NCBI RefSeq assembly: GCF_021869535.1 | Contig: NW_026262668.1 | Coordinates: 91,574,001 to 91,638,000, forward strand | From: Mytilus californianus | Taxonomy: Eukaryota | DNA: 64,000 nt | Direction of reading: 5' to 3' | Part shown: positions 38,100 through 64,000 of the stretch, piece by piece | How the letters are laid out: each line of letters begins with the position of its first letter | Position numbering within the stretch: position 1 is the stretch's first letter | Notes under the pieces: generated by a model | What the model was told of the DNA's origin: nothing | What the model saw: the letters and a program-made list of their open reading frames with translations, nothing else | The model's database searches: none | Made by a program: the position numbers and the translations under genes

Positions 38100-40147
38100 T
38101 TTCACATAAAAACCACATACGGCAAAACTGAGAGCAAATTGTGTTTTGGATCGAGATACTTGAATTCCTATAACGAAAAGATTGACGATTTCGGGCATTT
38201 TGAGCTAATTTTAGATTTTGTGGTGCTGATTTTGGTGTTTACATTTTCTCTGTCTTGTATAGATACTATATAATATCGGAACTGACACAAATTGGGTTAA
38301 ATAGTTTTTAAAGGACAATAAATCCTGTAAAAAGTTGATTTGAGGTTTTGAAATGTATATAAGAATGGTAGATCATCACGTGCATGTTTATCTTTTTTAT
38401 GTGACGGATTTCTCTCATTCTGTTGTTATTTTTAAAATAAACGCAAAAAATAAGATTTGATCTATATATTCTATGCCAACATGGAAACATTTTTGTTTTA
38501 CCTGGCGGGAAAAGGCGAGATCAATTTTAAAACTAGATACCATTAAGATGATTGTATACTGATTGTGGCCAAGTTCGGTCCAGATCATATCTTTAATTCA
38601 CGGTGAGCGTAAAATTCACTATGCAATGAAGTCATGGATCAACCCATTTATTATTTTTTTGCATGATAAATTTAATGTTAGTTTCCGGAAAATCTATTAA
38701 ACGAAACGATTAATATCTGTATAAAAAGGGAGATGAGGTATTATAGCCAATAAGATTGTTATTCACTAGGGTCCAAATGACGTAGATGTAACTTGAGTAA
38801 CTATAGGTCACTGTACGACCTCCGTCAATGAGCATAACACATGTACATACCATATAGTCAGCTATAAAAGTTTCCTAGTTAGGCAAGACAAAATATGAAA
38901 CAATTAAGTCAAACAGAAAACCAACGGACTGATTTATAATTGATTAGTTACTGTGCTTGTCTTAAAGGTTTTGCCCTTTCACTATAGCAGAGACCTAGCT
39001 TGGACATGATATATTGACCATTCGCAGCAGAGACATATAATACTCTGACAATACCAATGAAAAAGAAATTCAAATAAAAATAGAAATAGATTTGCATTTC
39101 TTTTTAATTGGTATTTGAAATATTTTTATTTTCATTAAATATTTTGCCAAAAAGGGACTTCTTACATTTAACAAAGCATTACAGGTTAAACAAAAATGCA
39201 TTTCATCTTCTATTTCCTCATTACAGAGTGTGTATATTCCATTTTCTAGTTTAATATCAAAGTAACGACCTTTTCTACTTAGTTTATGAGCTCAAATTCT
39301 CCGACAATCTTGTTAAAATACATCTTTGATGGTATGATAATTTCAATAAGTATGGTTCAAAATTAAAGTTTAATTTGAATAATCGATAAGTTTAACAATC
39401 TGATTCCAAGAATATGTATTATTTTGTCTTTTGTTTTTTGTCCACATGTATTATTTTGTCTTTCATCAGAGACATATAATACATGCAATCAGAGGCATGT
39501 ATATGTCGTATATACGTCACTCGTATTAAAGAAAAGTATAAAACGGGAATTCAAAATTGGCAAACTCTCAGTTTGTAAATGTGTATTTCGAATGCATTTA
39601 AGGCCCTTGACTTTTCTTTTTTTTTCGTTGAATTTTGACGTCTTAGACACAAAATGTAAATAAATAGTTAAAATTAGAGCCGAACGAACATTCTTAACAC
39701 TAAATATTAACTCTCGTATATTCATTATTTATATAAAAACTTTTCGAGGTTAAGAGATATTCCGCGGGAAATACCTTTTCGGTTAGTATCGAGCTTTTAA
39801 ATGCAACCAAAGAAACGGTTAGAGGAGTTCGATAGCTCGCAAACGTCATTTCCCATCATTCAATAGCAATGATGGAAGAAGGAGGAGATTTTGTTCGGAC
39901 GTTATAAAAATATTGTGTTCAAGGCGATCGCCGTGTCATCCTACTACATTCTGCTCTAATTTCTGCTTAGTAATTCATTGATATATCCAAATCGCTTAAG
40001 ATATCTTTCTCGTAACTCTTTCATATTGCATATTCACTGTCTAATTTTCCGTTTAATTCAGCTCATGATAAATTCATGATGGTGTGATTCACATACATTA
40101 CATTATAAGCATTTGATGTTTACAAATTGAAAACTGTACCGTAAATA
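38100..40147. promoter_or_regulatory. Probable divergent promoter region between beta-galactosidase (-) and kinesin heavy chain (+)
   Basis: Genes point away from each other; CpG dinucleotides are visibly more frequent around 38.1-38.6 kb and 39.5-39.95 kb than in introns; TSSs not located. Confidence 0.45.
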
Positions 40148-63232
<23,085 letters not shown>

Positions 63233-63719
63233 GTATAAACTAGAATGTTTTAAGCCTTTAAAATATGAATTTATCTTGATTTTCAGAAGTTTTATATATG
63301 GATTAGGCAGGGTACAAAATCAAATAGCCATGCAATTTTGGTTATGCAGACTTTGATCATGTAAAGACATAGAAATGGAAAAATAGGTTATGTTTCAACA
63401 ATTAAAAAAGTTACTGTGAATTTAGATGTTTCTGTGTGCATTTATAATTTGCAATTGTAAAACCAAAATGGACACAAATGCAAGTTTAATTATTGTGATG
63501 TCAGGAAATGCTGGATGTAACACTCATAATGCTATCTAAAATACCCTGTCACAAGTTTTCGCAAAAATAAAAATATCGCATTAATTTCTGAATTAAAAGT
63601 ATTTGTAAAAATTTAGAAGACTATTACAGATCAGATTGAATAAATCTTTATAGTTATATCCATCTTTTGGTCATTGTATGGACAAGGATAGATCAGTATA
63701 TATGTGTATAGCTTTTTAT

Positions 63720-64000
63720 CTGTTTTTTCATTTATTATTAGTCCCCTACCGACTAAGTTGAAGGGGACTTTAGGTTTGCACTCCATCCGTCCGTCTGTCT
63801 ATCTGTCTGTCCGTCCGGCAAATCAGTTTTCCACCCCATTTTTTTTCTTCATGCTTGAAGATATTGATTTGATATTTGGTGTATTGTTTTATTATGACAA
63901 GTTACAGATCAAGTTCGAATTTTGTTCCTGTCTGATGATTTTGTGCAGAGTTATGGTCCTTGGACTTTGAAAATTCACTCAAATAATCAGTTTTCCTCAT
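63720..64000 (+). mobile_element. HINE-like 5' end, truncated by window edge; related reverse fragment at about 46230-46550
   Basis: Hairpin agtcccct..aggggact, (gtcc/gtct)n, shared gacaagttacagatcaagttc unit. Confidence 0.7.

Overview
AT-rich, repeat-dense metazoan genomic DNA; the repeat families suggest a bivalve, probably a Mytilus-type mussel (inference). Two multi-exon genes lie head-to-head. (1) Minus strand: a lysosomal-type GH35 beta-galactosidase (GLB1-like), 16 traced coding exons from 24361 to the stop at 4742 (639 aa without the unresolved first exon), with every GT-AG phase joining in frame. (2) Plus strand: kinesin-1 heavy chain (KIF5/Khc), 14 exons from ATG 40148 to 63232 (583 aa), running off the window. 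Main discovery: the beta-galactosidase exon encoding the catalytic acid/base Glu (IENEYGSY) occurs as two diverged tandem copies (20428-20626 and 18733-18916, about 56% aa identity by hand alignment). Both are open, have identical splice phases, and frameshift the transcript if both or neither are included. This is the signature of mutually exclusive exons that swap part of the active site. Introns hold many transposons: Helentron-associated (HINE/DINE-like) elements with internal satellite arrays, TIR elements with 8-bp, 5-bp, TTAA and TA target duplications, CR1/L2-group LINE and Penelope-like fragments, some nested up to five deep. No rRNA, tRNA or CRISPR features were seen.
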